This document shows positions 43,277-54,846 of a DNA stretch of 64,000 nt, one piece after another. Source of the DNA: Rhodothermales bacterium (GTDB lineage: Bacteria > Bacteroidota > Rhodothermia > Rhodothermales > VXPQ01). The stretch lies in the NCBI GenBank assembly GCA_040904565.1, contig JBBDTI010000083.1, forward strand, positions 12,543-76,542, read 5' to 3'. Position numbers and translations under genes: made by a program. Within the stretch, counting starts at the first letter, position 1, and the number at the start of each line of letters is the position of its first letter. The notes under the pieces were generated by a model. It was given only the letters and a program-made list of their open reading frames with translations. It did not search any database and was not told the DNA's origin.

Positions 43277-46200
43277 CTACATATTGCGTCGATACTCGCC
43301 TCCGACGCCGAACAATGCTTCCGTGATCTGGCCGAGCGAGCAGACTTTTACGGTCTCCATCAATTCTTCGAAGACGTTGCCGCCGTCGCGTGTTACCTGC
43401 TGCAGGCGGTGCAGCGCTTCGGGAGTCCGGTCTGCATTCCGACGGCGGAACGCATCCAGATGGCGCAGCTGATGCTGCTTCTCGTCGTCGGAAGAACGCA
43501 TCAATTCCATGCTTCCTTCGACCTCCTCCTGCCCGTTCTGCGAGACGAACGTATTGACGCCCACGACGGGCAGGTCACCCGAGTGCTTGCGTCGTTCGTA
43601 CTCCATCGACTCCTGCTGAATCTTGCCCCGCTGGTACATCGTTTCCATCGCGCCCAGAACGCCACCCCGATCGTTGATCCGGTCAAACTCCGAAAGGACG
43701 GCCTCTTCGACCAGGTCCGTCAGCTCGTCGATGATGAAGGACCCCTGCAGTGGATTCTGGTTCTTTGCCATTCCGAGCTCCCGGTTAATAATGAGCTGGA
43801 TGGCGATGGCACGCCGGACGCTCTCTTCGGTCGGCGTCGTTATCGCCTCATCGTAGGCATTCGTATGGAGTGAGTTGCAATTGTCGTACACGGCCATGAG
43901 GGCCTGAAGGGTCGTACGAATGTCGTTGAACTGAATTTCGCGGGCGTGCAGGCTGCGGCCTGACGTCTGAATGTGGTACTTAAGCTTCTGGCTCCGATCG
44001 CCGGCTCCGTACCGTTCCCGCATGGCGACCGACCAGATCCGCCGAGCCACGCGTCCGATCACGCTGTATTCCGGATCCATTCCGTTCGAAAAAAAGAAGG
44101 ACAGGCTCGGCGCGATGTCGTCGATGTCCATCCCCCTTCCGAGGTAGTACTCCACGTACGTGATTCCGTTGGCGAGCGTGAAGGCCAGCTGGGTGATGGG
44201 GTTGGCCCCCGCCTCCGCGATGTGATATCCGGAGATCGATACGGAATAGAAATTCCGAACGTCTACGTCGATAAAATACTGCTGGACGTCGCCCATAAGA
44301 CGCAGCGCAAACTCCGTCGAGAAGATGCACGTGTTCTGTGCCTGGTCCTCCTTCAGGATGTCCGCCTGCACGGTACCCCGGACGACGTGTAGGGCGCGGC
44401 TCTTGATGCGCATATAATCATCGGGCGGAAGCACATCCCATTCGACCAGTTCGCTGCTGCTGGTACCGAGGAGGCCCAGTCCGGACCCCTCGTGCGTCGG
44501 CGGCAGATCGTCCATGGCGCCCGACGGACCGTACGGTTCGTAGTCGGGGCGCTCCGTGCCCAGCTTGTCCGCAATCACGCGGTCGGCCTCCGTCCATCGC
44601 CCGTTTTTCCTGAGATAGCGCTCCACTTCCTGGTCGATGGCCGTATTCATGAACATAGCCAGTATCATCGGAGCCGGACCGTTGATCGTCATCGAGACGC
44701 TGGTCGTCGGATCGCAGAGATTGAAGCCGGAGTACAGCTTCTTCATGTCGTCCAGCGTACAGACGGATACCCCCGCATTCCCCACCTTTCCGTAGATATC
44801 CGGCCGCTCGGCCGGGTCGAAGCCGTAGAGCGTTACCGAGTCGAACGCGGTCGAGAGACGCTTCGCCGCCATGCCCTCCGAAACGAGATGGAACCGCCGG
44901 TTGGTGCGTTCCGGCGACCCTTCCCCAGCAAACATGCGCGTGGGATCCTCACCGAATCGCTTAAAGGGGAAAACGCCCGCCGTGAAGGGAAAGTATCCGG
45001 GAAGGTTCTCCAGCAGCGCGAATCGCAGTCGCTCTCCGGGATCCTCCGTGCGCGGGAGGGCCACTCTCGGTATGCGCGTCCCTGAAAGCGACTCTTCGAA
45101 CAGGTCAACGGCGATGTCACGTCCGCGGACCGTATAGGTGAACGTCTCCGCCCGATAACGTCGAGCCGTATCCTCCCATTCCTCAAGAATATCCCGGCAT
45201 CCCGCGTCGAGTCTCGCCCACCAGTAGTCGACCATCTCATCCAGCCGTCCCACGAGCGCGCGGCGATCGTCCGGATTCCATGCTTCGATCTGATCCCGCG
45301 CGCCGACGGCGTGGCCCCACTTTCGGGCGATGTCGACCTGTTCTTCGGCCCAGGTCCGGTAGGCGCGGCACGTTTCCACAATCGCTCCCAAATACCGCTG
45401 CCGGCCAGGCGGGATAACGGAGAGCGTCGCCGGATCCATCTCGGGCAGATCGGCTGCCCGGTACAGCGTCGACGAGCGATCAAACGCATGGGCATCGTTG
45501 AGCTTCTCGAGCAACGCGAGATAGAGTCCCGTAACGCCCGGGTCGTCGAAATGTGAGGCCATCGTCGGGAAAACGGGCATCGTTTCGGGATCCGCATCGA
45601 ACGCACCCCGGTTTCGCTGCACCTGTTTCTGGATGTCGCGGAGGGCATCCCTGCCGCCCCGTTTTTCAAACTTGTTCAGCACGACGAAGTCGGCCAGATC
45701 CAGCATCCCGATCTTCTCGAGCTGCGTAGGAGCCCCGTAGTCGTGCGTCATGACATAGATCGACACGTCCGCCATATCGACGATATCCGTGTCGCTCTGT
45801 CCGATGCCGGCGGTTTCAAGAAGGATCAGGTCAAATTCCGCGGCCCGGCAAACGCGAACGGCATCCTTCAGGGCGACGGACGTGGAGCGGTGTGCCCGGC
45901 GTGTGGCGAACGATCTCATGTAGACGCGTTCGGTATATTTGCCGTAGATCGCATTCATGCGAATTCGATCGCCTAGCAGCGCACCACCCGTGCGCCTCCG
46001 CGTCGGATCCACGGAAAGCACGGCTACGGAGACGTCGTCGAAATCGTTCATGAACCGGCGAATGATTTCGTCGGTCAGGGTCGACTTGCCCGCACCACCC
46101 GTGCCGGTGATGCCGATCGTCGGAGCGTGCGTCGTCCCGGCATCTGGCTGACCGAAGACATCTTCCAAGCCGCGACCGCTCGCTTGCGCCGAAGCCAATA

Positions 46201-46747
46201 CCCCCTCGGCATGCCGCGATTCGACGTCCGATATGGCACGCGCCAAGACGAGCGGTCGGCCGGTGTGAACGTGCTTGACGCCGTCGATCTGACGCGGCGT
46301 CTCGAAATCCGCCTCTCGGAGCATGAAATCAATCATGCCCTGCAGGCCCATCTCCATGCCGTGCTGCGGATCGAAAATTTTGGCGATTCCGTACGCTTCG
46401 AGCTCCCTGATCTCCTCCGGCACGATAACGCCGCCGCCACCGCCGAAAATCCGGATGTGGCCCGCGCCGTACTCCTCCAGCAGATCGTGCATGTACGTAA
46501 AGTACTCCATGTGTCCGCCCTGATAGGACGATACGGCGATACCCTGAACGTCTTCCTGAACGGCCGTATCAACGACATCTCGTACCGACCGATTATGCCC
46601 GAGGTGAATGACCTCCGCGCCGCTCGACTGCAGGATACGACGGATGATATTGATGGCTGCATCGTGCCCATCGAAGAGAGAGGCAGCGGTTACGAAGCGA
46701 ATGGGACGCTGTGGGACGTATGAGGTGGATTCCATGCGTTCGCGCAT
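43277..46747 (-). CDS. icmF: Fused isobutyryl-CoA mutase / MeaI GTPase
   Basis: N-terminal B12 domain [13 protein letters not shown] GTPase and C-terminal mutase domain ([26 protein letters not shown]); 1156 aa. Confidence 0.93.
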   Translation of the reverse strand: MRERMESTSYVPQRPIRFVTAASLFDGHDAAINIIRRILQSSGAEVIHLGHNRSVRDVVDTAVQEDVQGIAVSSYQGGHMEYFTYMHDLLEEYGAGHIRIFGGGGGVIVPEEIRELEAYGIAKIFDPQHGMEMGLQGMIDFMLREADFETPRQIDGVKHVHTGRPLVLARAISDVESRHAEGVLASAQASGRGLEDVFGQPDAGTTHAPTIGITGTGGAGKSTLTDEIIRRFMNDFDDVSVAVLSVDPTRRRTGGALLGDRIRMNAIYGKYTERVYMRSFATRRAHRSTSVALKDAVRVCRAAEFDLILLETAGIGQSDTDIVDMADVSIYVMTHDYGAPTQLEKIGMLDLADFVVLNKFEKRGGRDALRDIQKQVQRNRGAFDADPETMPVFPTMASHFDDPGVTGLYLALLEKLNDAHAFDRSSTLYRAADLPEMDPATLSVIPPGRQRYLGAIVETCRAYRTWAEEQVDIARKWGHAVGARDQIEAWNPDDRRALVGRLDEMVDYWWARLDAGCRDILEEWEDTARRYRAETFTYTVRGRDIAVDLFEESLSGTRIPRVALPRTEDPGERLRFALLENLPGYFPFTAGVFPFKRFGEDPTRMFAGEGSPERTNRRFHLVSEGMAAKRLSTAFDSVTLYGFDPAERPDIYGKVGNAGVSVCTLDDMKKLYSGFNLCDPTTSVSMTINGPAPMILAMFMNTAIDQEVERYLRKNGRWTEADRVIADKLGTERPDYEPYGPSGAMDDLPPTHEGSGLGLLGTSSSELVEWDVLPPDDYMRIKSRALHVVRGTVQADILKEDQAQNTCIFSTEFALRLMGDVQQYFIDVDVRNFYSVSISGYHIAEAGANPITQLAFTLANGITYVEYYLGRGMDIDDIAPSLSFFFSNGMDPEYSVIGRVARRIWSVAMRERYGAGDRSQKLKYHIQTSGRSLHAREIQFNDIRTTLQALMAVYDNCNSLHTNAYDEAITTPTEESVRRAIAIQLIINRELGMAKNQNPLQGSFIIDELTDLVEEAVLSEFDRINDRGGVLGAMETMYQRGKIQQESMEYERRKHSGDLPVVGVNTFVSQNGQEEVEGSMELMRSSDDEKQHQLRHLDAFRRRNADRTPEALHRLQQVTRDGGNVFEELMETVKVCSLGQITEALFGVGGEYRRNM

Positions 46748-46845
46748 AGGTCGAAGCGAAGCTAGAGCGCCGTCATTTGGTGTTGGTAGGGACGCGGCGA
46801 ACCCATAAGGCGGGCCGTTTCCTCCTTACGCACCTGCACCACGCG

Positions 46846-46912
46846 GGTTCATGACGCCGGTTCATGACGCCGGTTCATGACGCCCTATCAGGACGGACGA
46901 TCAGGACGGACG
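46846..46912. repeat. Two adjacent 13-bp tandem repeats
   Basis: ggttcatgacgcc x3 (46846-46884) and atcaggacggacg x2 (46887-46912, duplicating the PPTase stop codon). Confidence 0.9.
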
Positions 46913-47563
46913 CCCCTCTTCGAAAGCAATGGCGACGTAGTATCCGTCCCATTCCTCGAAATAGGCGGTCCACGTAGCACCACAGTCCACGTTACTGTCT
47001 ACGTGACCGTCTACGTGGACGGTCGCGCGCTCGGACGCGAGGTCGACGTCCAGGCGCAGCTTCTTAGGCGAAACCCGCAACCCCGTCCGCATGGCCTTCA
47101 GCGTCGCCTCCTTGAGCGTCCAGCACAGGATGTGCGATCGTTCCGTATCCAGCGGCATCGCGTCGATCAGGCCGTGCTCGTCCGGGTGCAGCATAAAGTC
47201 CGCCAGACCCGCATGCCGCGCCCGAATGCCTTCGATATCTACGCCGAGCATTCGCGGAGCTGCTGCCGCGATAGCGTGGCTGCCCGAATGAGCTATCGAG
47301 ATATGCAGATCCATGCCGACCACGTCTACGGCACCTCCTTCAGCGACCTCGAGTCCGACGTCGACCGGATTCGTCCCGATGCGCTCGGCGAGCATCAATC
47401 GCGCCGCAGCACGGCCAAGCACAAATTCCTCTCGACGCTTGGTGCGTGGAAATTCCGCCGCCCGCTTCGCCTCTTCGGGAGACAGCAGCGCTACCCAACG
47501 CTCCAGCTGGTCCGGATCGAAGCGAAGATGGTGAAAGGTAATGTCGGAAGGAAGATGGCGCAT
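46901..47563 (-). CDS. Sfp-type 4'-phosphopantetheinyl transferase
   Basis: SIAHSG, GVDIE and WTLKEA..KA..G motifs. Confidence 0.92.
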   Translation of the reverse strand: MRHLPSDITFHHLRFDPDQLERWVALLSPEEAKRAAEFPRTKRREEFVLGRAAARLMLAERIGTNPVDVGLEVAEGGAVDVVGMDLHISIAHSGSHAIAAAAPRMLGVDIEGIRARHAGLADFMLHPDEHGLIDAMPLDTERSHILCWTLKEATLKAMRTGLRVSPKKLRLDVDLASERATVHVDGHVDSNVDCGATWTAYFEEWDGYYVAIAFEEGRPS

Positions 47564-47793
47564 CCCGGCGCGTACGCTCGTGGAAATGTGTACTCAGATC
47601 ACAAATATGTATTTAGATCACGTCTAAAGTTACCATTTAGCACGCTCCCGGATTCATTCGGCTGGAATATGTGAGGTACATAGAATAGTATGGCATCGCA
47701 CGCTGATAAAAATTATCGACGCAATCCTCGCCTCCGTTGAATCCGGCGGGATGCCGGATCGTGTGACGGACGATACACCAGACATTGCTGATT

Positions 47794-48195
47794 ATGCCCG
47801 ACAAGAACCAGATCGACACGGACCAGAACACGTCCAGACGCAGTTTCCTGCAGAAGCTAACGGCGCTCGGCACGGCCGGCGTGATCACGCCCGTCGTCCT
47901 CTCCGCATGCGGTGGAGGAGGCGATGAAGCCGCCAGCGGCGACGCAGCGACCGGCGGGGAAACCTCCGAAGCGGGATTTTCCTGCATGGATACGTCCGGT
48001 CTCACGGACGCCCAGATTCAGCAGCGAGAATCTACGAACTACGTGGACGAATCGCCGAACCCGGATCAGCTCTGCTCCAATTGCCAGCTTTATACGCAGC
48101 CGGAAGCCGGTGCGCAGTGCGGTGGTTGCCAGGTCGTTCCGGGTCCGATCCACCCGGACGGATACTGCGATCTCTGGGTGGCGGCACAGGCCTAA
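47794..48195 (+). CDS. High-potential iron-sulfur protein (HiPIP), Tat-exported lipoprotein
   Basis: SRRSFL Tat motif, lipobox LSAC and CSNC..Y...C......GYC..W HiPIP signature. Confidence 0.9.
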   Translation: MPDKNQIDTDQNTSRRSFLQKLTALGTAGVITPVVLSACGGGGDEAASGDAATGGETSEAGFSCMDTSGLTDAQIQQRESTNYVDESPNPDQLCSNCQLYTQPEAGAQCGGCQVVPGPIHPDGYCDLWVAAQA

Positions 48196-48464
48196 TTAGC
48201 CGGCGGCTAACCGGGGTCCTCGTCGTCCTTTCGGCTTAGTCTTTCGGCTTGGGAGATCTCTACACAGAACGATACAGAAAGGGATGGCTTCGTTTCGACG
48301 GGCCATCCCTTTTACGTTAGTTCCTTTCCCGCGTCGCCGATCCCCGTGGACGGACTCCTCGTCACGATTCGGCTTCCCGAGCCCACAGCACATCTTGCGT
48401 CGATGTCCCGGCCCGCGTATGGTAATACGTGTATCGACCTCACTCGCATCACAAATCCACGCAC

Positions 48465-49964
48465 ATGTCGTATTTTATCGGTATCGACGTTTCAACGACC
48501 GCCACCAAGGCGCTGTTGATCGACGAAGACGGCGCGGTCGTCGACACGGCCGCTACGGAATATTCCTTCGAAACACCCCACTCCTTGTGGAGTGAGCAGG
48601 ATCCGGCACTCTGGTGGGACGGGGCGGTAGGGAGCATTCGCGCCGTCCTTTCCGAGTCAGGTATAGACGGCTCGAAGGTTTCCTGCATCGGCCTGACCGG
48701 CCAAATGCACGGTCTGGTACTACTCGACGAGAGAGGCCGGGTGCTTCGCCCGGCCATTCTCTGGAACGACCAGCGAACGGCCGCGGAATGTGATGAGATC
48801 AGGGACAGAGTGGGCCGTTCGACTCTGATAGACATCACCGGTAACGATGCCCTGACCGGTTTCACAGCCCCCAAGCTGCTGTGGGTCCGCAACCATGAAC
48901 CCGACGTGTTCGCGCGCATCCGGCACGTCTTGCTTCCCAAAGATTACGTTCGCTACAGACTTACTGCGACGGTGGCGACGGACAAGGCGGGGGCCGCGGG
49001 AACGCTCCTTGTAGACATCACGAAGCGAGACTGGTCTGAAGCGATTCTCTCGAAACTGGACCTCCCTCGCGACTGGTTCCCCCCCACCTTTGAGGGACCC
49101 GAGGTAACGGGAACCGTGTCGACCGCCGCCGCCGAGGCGACGGGTCTGCAGGCCGGTACGCCGGTGGTTGCAGGAGGTGGCGACCAAAGTGCCCAGGCCG
49201 TCGGCGTCGGCGCCGTTACGGAAGGGGTCGCGGCCCTCACGCTGGGGACCTCGGGCGTCGTCTTTGCGTCGACCGGCGAGCCGTTCCTCGACCCGGAAGG
49301 ACGACTTCACGCCTTCTGTCACGCCGTTCCCGGCACCTGGCACCTCATGGGCGTCATGCTGTCGGCGGCAGGCAGCCTTCGGTGGTACCGGGACACGCTC
49401 GCACCGGACGTCGAATACCAGGCGCTCCTCGAGCCCGCTGCCGGCGTCGCTCCAGGCTCAGAGGGACTCATCTTTCTGCCTTACCTCACCGGAGAGCGTA
49501 CGCCGCACGCCGACCCGACGGCGCGTGGTGCCTTCGTCGGCCTCACCGTTCGCCATACCCAACCGCACATGACGAGGGCCGTCCTGGAAGGCGTCGCCTT
49601 CGGTCTTAAGGATAGTTTCGAAATCATGCGGAGCGCCGGCGTGCGGTCTTTCGATCAGGTCCGCGTGTCGGGCGGCGGCGCACGGAGTCCCCTGTGGCGC
49701 AGCATTCTGGCCAACGTCCTCGAAACGAACCTCGTTACCGTCAACACCACGGAAGGGGCCGCATTCGGCGCCGCCCTGCTTGCAGCCGTAGGCGCCGGGC
49801 GCTGGCCCGACGTGCCGTCAGCCTGCCGTGAGGTCGTACGGATTACGGGCGAAACGCCCGTCGACCGTGCGGAGGCCGATCGCTATGCATCCGCCTATCG
49901 TCTCTATGGCGACCTTTACCCGGCGCTTCGCGAGACGTTCGCCGCGATGGCCGACCTGGAATAA
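48465..49964 (+). CDS. xylB: Xylulokinase (FGGY family)
   Basis: GIDVST, GQMHG, ILWNDQR, LLPKDY, LGTSG and PYL.GER.P motifs; ATG 48465. Confidence 0.92.
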   Translation: MSYFIGIDVSTTATKALLIDEDGAVVDTAATEYSFETPHSLWSEQDPALWWDGAVGSIRAVLSESGIDGSKVSCIGLTGQMHGLVLLDERGRVLRPAILWNDQRTAAECDEIRDRVGRSTLIDITGNDALTGFTAPKLLWVRNHEPDVFARIRHVLLPKDYVRYRLTATVATDKAGAAGTLLVDITKRDWSEAILSKLDLPRDWFPPTFEGPEVTGTVSTAAAEATGLQAGTPVVAGGGDQSAQAVGVGAVTEGVAALTLGTSGVVFASTGEPFLDPEGRLHAFCHAVPGTWHLMGVMLSAAGSLRWYRDTLAPDVEYQALLEPAAGVAPGSEGLIFLPYLTGERTPHADPTARGAFVGLTVRHTQPHMTRAVLEGVAFGLKDSFEIMRSAGVRSFDQVRVSGGGARSPLWRSILANVLETNLVTVNTTEGAAFGAALLAAVGAGRWPDVPSACREVVRITGETPVDRAEADRYASAYRLYGDLYPALRETFAAMADLE

Positions 49965-50131
49965 TCACGCGACGTTCGTGCGGGAGCGACCGATACGTCC
50001 TGCTCGACGGAACCGCTTCCGTCAGCCTCATGTTCGTGAGAGCGCTCCGATTGGGCGGCGTTGCAGCAGCCGCGTGGACGCCGCCCAATCGCAGCGTCAT
50101 CCTATCGTATACAGTAGCAGCTCGTCTCACT

Positions 50132-51727
50132 ATGCCGCATCCCATCTCGCTCGAATCGCTTGGACTCCACGTGGATACCGTCTACCGCAACCGTGCACCG
50201 GCGGCACTCTACGAGGATGCCCTTCGGGAAGACTCGTCAGCCGCCATTGTAGATAGCGGCGCGCTGGCCATCGAGTCCGGCGAGAAGACCGGACGGAGCC
50301 CGGCCGATAAGCGCATGGTGGAACACCCCGACAGCGTGGACGACATCTGGTGGGGACGGATCAACATCCGGCTGGATCATCATACGTTTCTGGTCAACCG
50401 GGAACGGGCCATCGATTATTTGAACACGCTACAACGTTTGTACGTCGTAGACGGCTATGCCGGATGGGATGAAGAGCACCGAATCAAGGTCCGCATCATA
50501 TGCGGGCGCCCGTACCATGCCCTCTTCATGCACAATATGCTGGTTCGCGTGCCGCCCGACCGGCTCGACGATTTCGGGGAGCCCGATTTTACGGTCGTCA
50601 ATGCCGGGGCCTTCCCCTGCAACCGCTACACGTCCTACATGACGTCCAAGACCAGCGTCGACGTGAGCTTCGAAGACGGAGAGATGGTCATCCTCGGCAC
50701 GGAATACGCCGGCGAGATGAAGAAGGGGGTCTTTACGGTCATGAATTACCTGATGCCGCGCAAGAACGTGCTGTCCATGCATTGCTCGGCCAACGAGGGG
50801 GAGGACGGGGACGTCACCCTGTTCTTCGGCCTGTCGGGCACGGGCAAGACGACGCTGTCCGCCGACCCTCGGCGCCGTCTGATCGGAGACGACGAACACT
50901 GCTGGAGCGGCGACGGCATCTTCAATATCGAAGGCGGATGTTATGCCAAAGCAATCGATCTGTCCGCCGAAAAAGAGCCCGAGATATTCGATGCGATCCG
51001 GTACGGCACGGTGCTAGAGAACGTCGTGTACGATGGGGAGACGCGTGCCGTCGATTATACGGATACGAGCATTACCGTAAATACGCGGGCCTCCTACCCT
51101 ATCGAATACATCGATAACGCAAAGATTCCCTGCAAAGGTGGACACCCCGGCAACATCATCTTCCTGACGTACGACGCCTTCGGCGTTCTTCCCCCGGTCG
51201 CGCGGTTGACCCCCGAACAGGCCATGTACCACTTCGTGAGTGGATATACGGCAAAAGTAGCCGGGACCGAAGTGGGGATCGACGAGCCGGAAGCCACATT
51301 CTCAGCATGCTTCGGCGCGGCCTTCATGGTCTGGCATCCCGCCAAGTATGCAGCGCTTCTGGCCGAGAAGATGAGGGAGCACAGGAGCCAGGCCTGGCTC
51401 GTCAATACCGGCTTGACCGGAGGGAAGTATGGGGAGGGTCATCGCATCGACCTCGCCTACACGCGCTCCATCATCGATGCCATTCACGACGGAACGCTTC
51501 GTGCTCAGGAGACGCGGCCGGACGAGACGTTCGGTTTTGAAATCCCCGTCGCGTGTCCGGGCGTGCCCGATCAAACGTTGATGCCTCGATCGACGTGGAT
51601 GGATGAAGCGGCATACGACCGGCAGGCACGCATCCTCGCGGAGCGCTTCGCCAAGAATTACGAGAATTTCAGGAACGAGGCGACGGCCGGGATCGGCGCG
51701 GGAGGCCCCGTTCTGAACGATACGTGA
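50132..51727 (+). CDS. pckA: Phosphoenolpyruvate carboxykinase (ATP)
   Basis: [31 protein letters not shown] and EGGCYAK motifs; ATG 50132. Confidence 0.97.
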   Translation: MPHPISLESLGLHVDTVYRNRAPAALYEDALREDSSAAIVDSGALAIESGEKTGRSPADKRMVEHPDSVDDIWWGRINIRLDHHTFLVNRERAIDYLNTLQRLYVVDGYAGWDEEHRIKVRIICGRPYHALFMHNMLVRVPPDRLDDFGEPDFTVVNAGAFPCNRYTSYMTSKTSVDVSFEDGEMVILGTEYAGEMKKGVFTVMNYLMPRKNVLSMHCSANEGEDGDVTLFFGLSGTGKTTLSADPRRRLIGDDEHCWSGDGIFNIEGGCYAKAIDLSAEKEPEIFDAIRYGTVLENVVYDGETRAVDYTDTSITVNTRASYPIEYIDNAKIPCKGGHPGNIIFLTYDAFGVLPPVARLTPEQAMYHFVSGYTAKVAGTEVGIDEPEATFSACFGAAFMVWHPAKYAALLAEKMREHRSQAWLVNTGLTGGKYGEGHRIDLAYTRSIIDAIHDGTLRAQETRPDETFGFEIPVACPGVPDQTLMPRSTWMDEAAYDRQARILAERFAKNYENFRNEATAGIGAGGPVLNDT

Positions 51728-51870
51728 CGCCGGGTTCATGATGGCACACGCGCCCCTTCCGGGGCCGGCAGGAGGTGGTGCAGCCAGGCGCCCTCAAGAT
51801 TTTCTCCTCAAGATTTTTGAAGTGCGGCCGATACAGTGGAAGGGTTTCATAGATCTTAACGCACCCGTCC

Positions 51871-52929
51871 ATGCTTCTCCTTTCGGTACTTATCGGCCTC
51901 GCCGGCCTCTCGTGGGCGCTATCTGTCTACGCGCGGTATTCCGACCGACGCGTTTTGCTGGCGGCCGGATTGCCGGCACTCTTCATCGTCGTAGACGCAT
52001 GGACGTGGACCTCGCCTTCAACGCTCAGTACGCTCTGGCACGTATTGTGGATGGCGACACACGTCTACGTGCTGGGTATGGTCGTCTGGATGACCCAGCT
52101 CGTGAAGCGACGAGCCGACCTGGTGGAACGCCATGCGCGGGAGCTCGACGAAGCGCGCAACGATTCGGTCGCCATGCGTCGTTTGAAGACGGCGTTCCTG
52201 GCCAATATGAACCACGAGATCCGTACGCCGCTTACGAGTATCATCGGCTTTTCGTCGCTCCTCTCGTCCGAAGTGGAACCGGAGCACGGAAACATGATGC
52301 GCGTCATCGAGCGCAGCGGACAGCGGCTGCTGGACACGCTGGACTCGTTCCTGGATCTGGCCATGCTGGAAGCCGGACGCGTGCAGCTGGCCCGCGAAGT
52401 CGTAGACCTGGCTGAAGAAGCACGCTTTCATGCGGCCCGATTTGGCCCGTTGGCCCGCGGCAAGGGACTCTCCCTCGAAGTCAGTACCCCTCCGAACCCG
52501 GTCCGAGCGCTGGTCGATCGCTCGTGTATGAGCCGGATCTATTCGCGCATGATCTCCAATGCCATCAAATTCACCGAGGAAGGCTCCGTCTCTCTCGACG
52601 TACGAGCGAGTAACGGGCGGTGTCACGTGTCCATCCAGGACACCGGTATCGGCATCGATGACGAGTACCTTCCCTATCTTTTCAGTGAGTTTACCCAGGC
52701 AAGCACCGGTACCGGACGCGCATTTGAAGGTTCGGGGCTGGGTCTGGCCGTTACGAAACGACTTGTCGACCTGCTGGATGGAACGATAGAGGTAGAGACG
52801 AAGCAGTTCGAGGGGAGCACCTTCGTCATTACGCTGCCTGCATTCGTGCCGGGAGGAGATGGGGCAGAGAGCGTTGAGCCCCCCCTTCTCTCAACCCAGC
52901 GAAACGAGCGGAAGCACGTAGTACGATAG
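51871..52929 (+). CDS. Membrane-bound sensor histidine kinase
   Basis: FLANMNHEIRTPL H-box, SNAIKFT, DTGIG and GSGLGL motifs; N-terminal TM helices. Confidence 0.93.
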   Translation: MLLLSVLIGLAGLSWALSVYARYSDRRVLLAAGLPALFIVVDAWTWTSPSTLSTLWHVLWMATHVYVLGMVVWMTQLVKRRADLVERHARELDEARNDSVAMRRLKTAFLANMNHEIRTPLTSIIGFSSLLSSEVEPEHGNMMRVIERSGQRLLDTLDSFLDLAMLEAGRVQLAREVVDLAEEARFHAARFGPLARGKGLSLEVSTPPNPVRALVDRSCMSRIYSRMISNAIKFTEEGSVSLDVRASNGRCHVSIQDTGIGIDDEYLPYLFSEFTQASTGTGRAFEGSGLGLAVTKRLVDLLDGTIEVETKQFEGSTFVITLPAFVPGGDGAESVEPPLLSTQRNERKHVVR

Positions 52930-54357
52930 TACGCTGATAAGCACGACGAAGACGATGTTGAGCACGATGCCGGCACGCGCCATTTTGGGAATCGTGATGT
53001 AGCTGCCCCCATAGACGATTGCGTTCGGCGGTGTCGCGACCGGAAGCATGAAGGCGCTGCTGGCGGCCAGAACGGCCGGAACGGCCAGAGTCAACGGTGA
53101 ATGGCCGAGGCCGACCGCTACGGATGCAACGATGGGAAGAAAGGCTGCCGCCGTAGCGATGTTGCTGGTAAGCTCGGTAAGGAACACGATCCCCGCCGTG
53201 ACGATGAGGATGACGAGGAAGAGCGGCCAGTCCGCAATCAGTTCCGTCCGCGTGCCCAGCCATGCCGCCAGCCCGGTCTGATCGATAGCTGCAGCGAGAC
53301 TGAGCCCTCCACCGAAGAGCACGAGTACACCCCACGGCAACCGCTCGGCATCCTCCCACTCGAGGAGAAAGACGCCCTTCGATGCATCGGCCGGAAGAAT
53401 GAAGAGGAGCAGCCCCATGGCCATGGCGATGCCGGGATCGGACAACCCCGGAACTACGCCCGCAAGCAGCGGCCGCGTGATCCACAATACGGCGGCGCTG
53501 ACGAATACGGCGGCCACCATCCGCTCGGCCCGATCCATGGATCCCATCTTCGCCAGCTCCGATGTAATAAACGTCGCGCCTCCGGGAATCTCTTCGATCT
53601 CGATCGGATACACGACGCGCGTCAGGATGACGTACATCAGGGGAAGCGCGATCAGGGTGAGCGGCAGACCGATTTGCATCCATTCGGCAAATGCGATCGT
53701 CACATCGTAGCTCTCGAGCATGAACCCGGCAAAAAACGCGTTGGGCGGCGTGCCGATCAGTGTAGCCATTCCGCCAATGCTGCACGAGTACGCGATGATC
53801 AGCATGAGTGCCGTTGCAAAATGTTCCCCGGTAGAGGCACCGTCGCGGTTCACGAGACTTACGACGGACAGGCCGATGGGAAGCATCATCAACGCGGTGG
53901 CCGTATTGCTCACCCACATGCTGAGAAAGGCCGCGGCGACGGCAAATCCTGCCAGGATTGCGGGCGGGCGCGGTCCCATCATCTTGATGATGCGAAGCGC
54001 CAGGCGCCGGTGCAGATTCCAGCGCTCCATGCCCGCAGCGATAAGGAAGCCGCCGAGAAAAAGAAAGATGAGCGGATTGGCATACGGCGCAGCCGCATCG
54101 CTTATATCTGCGATGCCCAGTACGGGCAGCAAGACGAGAGGAATCAGCGCGGTAGCGGAGATCGGAATCGCCTCCGTCATCCACCAGATCGCCATAAGCA
54201 ATCCGACCGCGGCCGTTCGCCACGCCGGCACGTCCATATTCTCCGGTGGCGGCAGCAGGATCACGGCGATACAGGCTATCACTCCTACAACAAGGCCGAT
54301 CCATTGATGGACTCCATAATCGGACGCCGAACTGCTCGATTCCATACGGGGGTTCAT
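52891..54357 (-). CDS. SLC13/DASS family anion:sodium symporter
   Basis: WVSNTAT, IGTPPN, TSN.AT and PVATPPNA motifs. Confidence 0.92.
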   Translation of the reverse strand: MNPRMESSSSASDYGVHQWIGLVVGVIACIAVILLPPPENMDVPAWRTAAVGLLMAIWWMTEAIPISATALIPLVLLPVLGIADISDAAAPYANPLIFLFLGGFLIAAGMERWNLHRRLALRIIKMMGPRPPAILAGFAVAAAFLSMWVSNTATALMMLPIGLSVVSLVNRDGASTGEHFATALMLIIAYSCSIGGMATLIGTPPNAFFAGFMLESYDVTIAFAEWMQIGLPLTLIALPLMYVILTRVVYPIEIEEIPGGATFITSELAKMGSMDRAERMVAAVFVSAAVLWITRPLLAGVVPGLSDPGIAMAMGLLLFILPADASKGVFLLEWEDAERLPWGVLVLFGGGLSLAAAIDQTGLAAWLGTRTELIADWPLFLVILIVTAGIVFLTELTSNIATAAAFLPIVASVAVGLGHSPLTLAVPAVLAASSAFMLPVATPPNAIVYGGSYITIPKMARAGIVLNIVFVVLISVLSYYVLPLVSLG

Positions 54358-54577
54358 TCAGTCATCATAGGATCGGCAAGCAATGACGTGATTCATCACG
54401 CAGTGGACGTCTCTACGATAGGACCTGTCCCGGTCACGATCAACCGCTCTGAAACCGAACAGCTCCGATCGAACGCAGTTGGTCTCCGCACCATCGAACC
54501 GGTAGATCGATTCTGGCACCTGGATATCCCGTATACTATGTTTCAACGAGTCGTTCACCGCATCTACCTTTCATGTC

Positions 54578-54662
54578 ATCGTCCACCACCTGATCGTCCA
54601 CCACCTGATCGGTCACCGCCTGTTCGATCACCGACTGATCGTCCACCACCTGATCGATCACT
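54578..54662. repeat. 15-bp tandem repeat (about 5.6 copies)
   Basis: atcgtccaccacctg x2, atcggtcaccgcctg, ttcgatcaccgactg, atcgtccaccacctg, atcgatcact. Confidence 0.9.
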
Positions 54663-54846
54663 TTAGCGCGGCAGCTACGCCGCCGAGTAGATTGCTCGAA
54701 ATCGGCCGTCGTCACCGAAACGAAAACCCGGAACGCGCGTAGCTCGGCGACAGCCGCGGGGCCGTTTTTCGCGGCCGTAACCTTATCAATACTGCAGACG
54801 CACGGTCCTCTCGATGGCGTCCGGCACGTGAAGCACAACCTGGCAC

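Noticed and set aside
46748-46900. Cobalamin riboswitch upstream of B12-dependent icmF
   Set aside because: No GGGAA or B12-box consensus is recognisable; the region is mostly tandem duplications.
54578-54662. Possible CRISPR array
   Set aside because: Units are 15 bp, directly adjacent with no spacers, and no cas genes are present.
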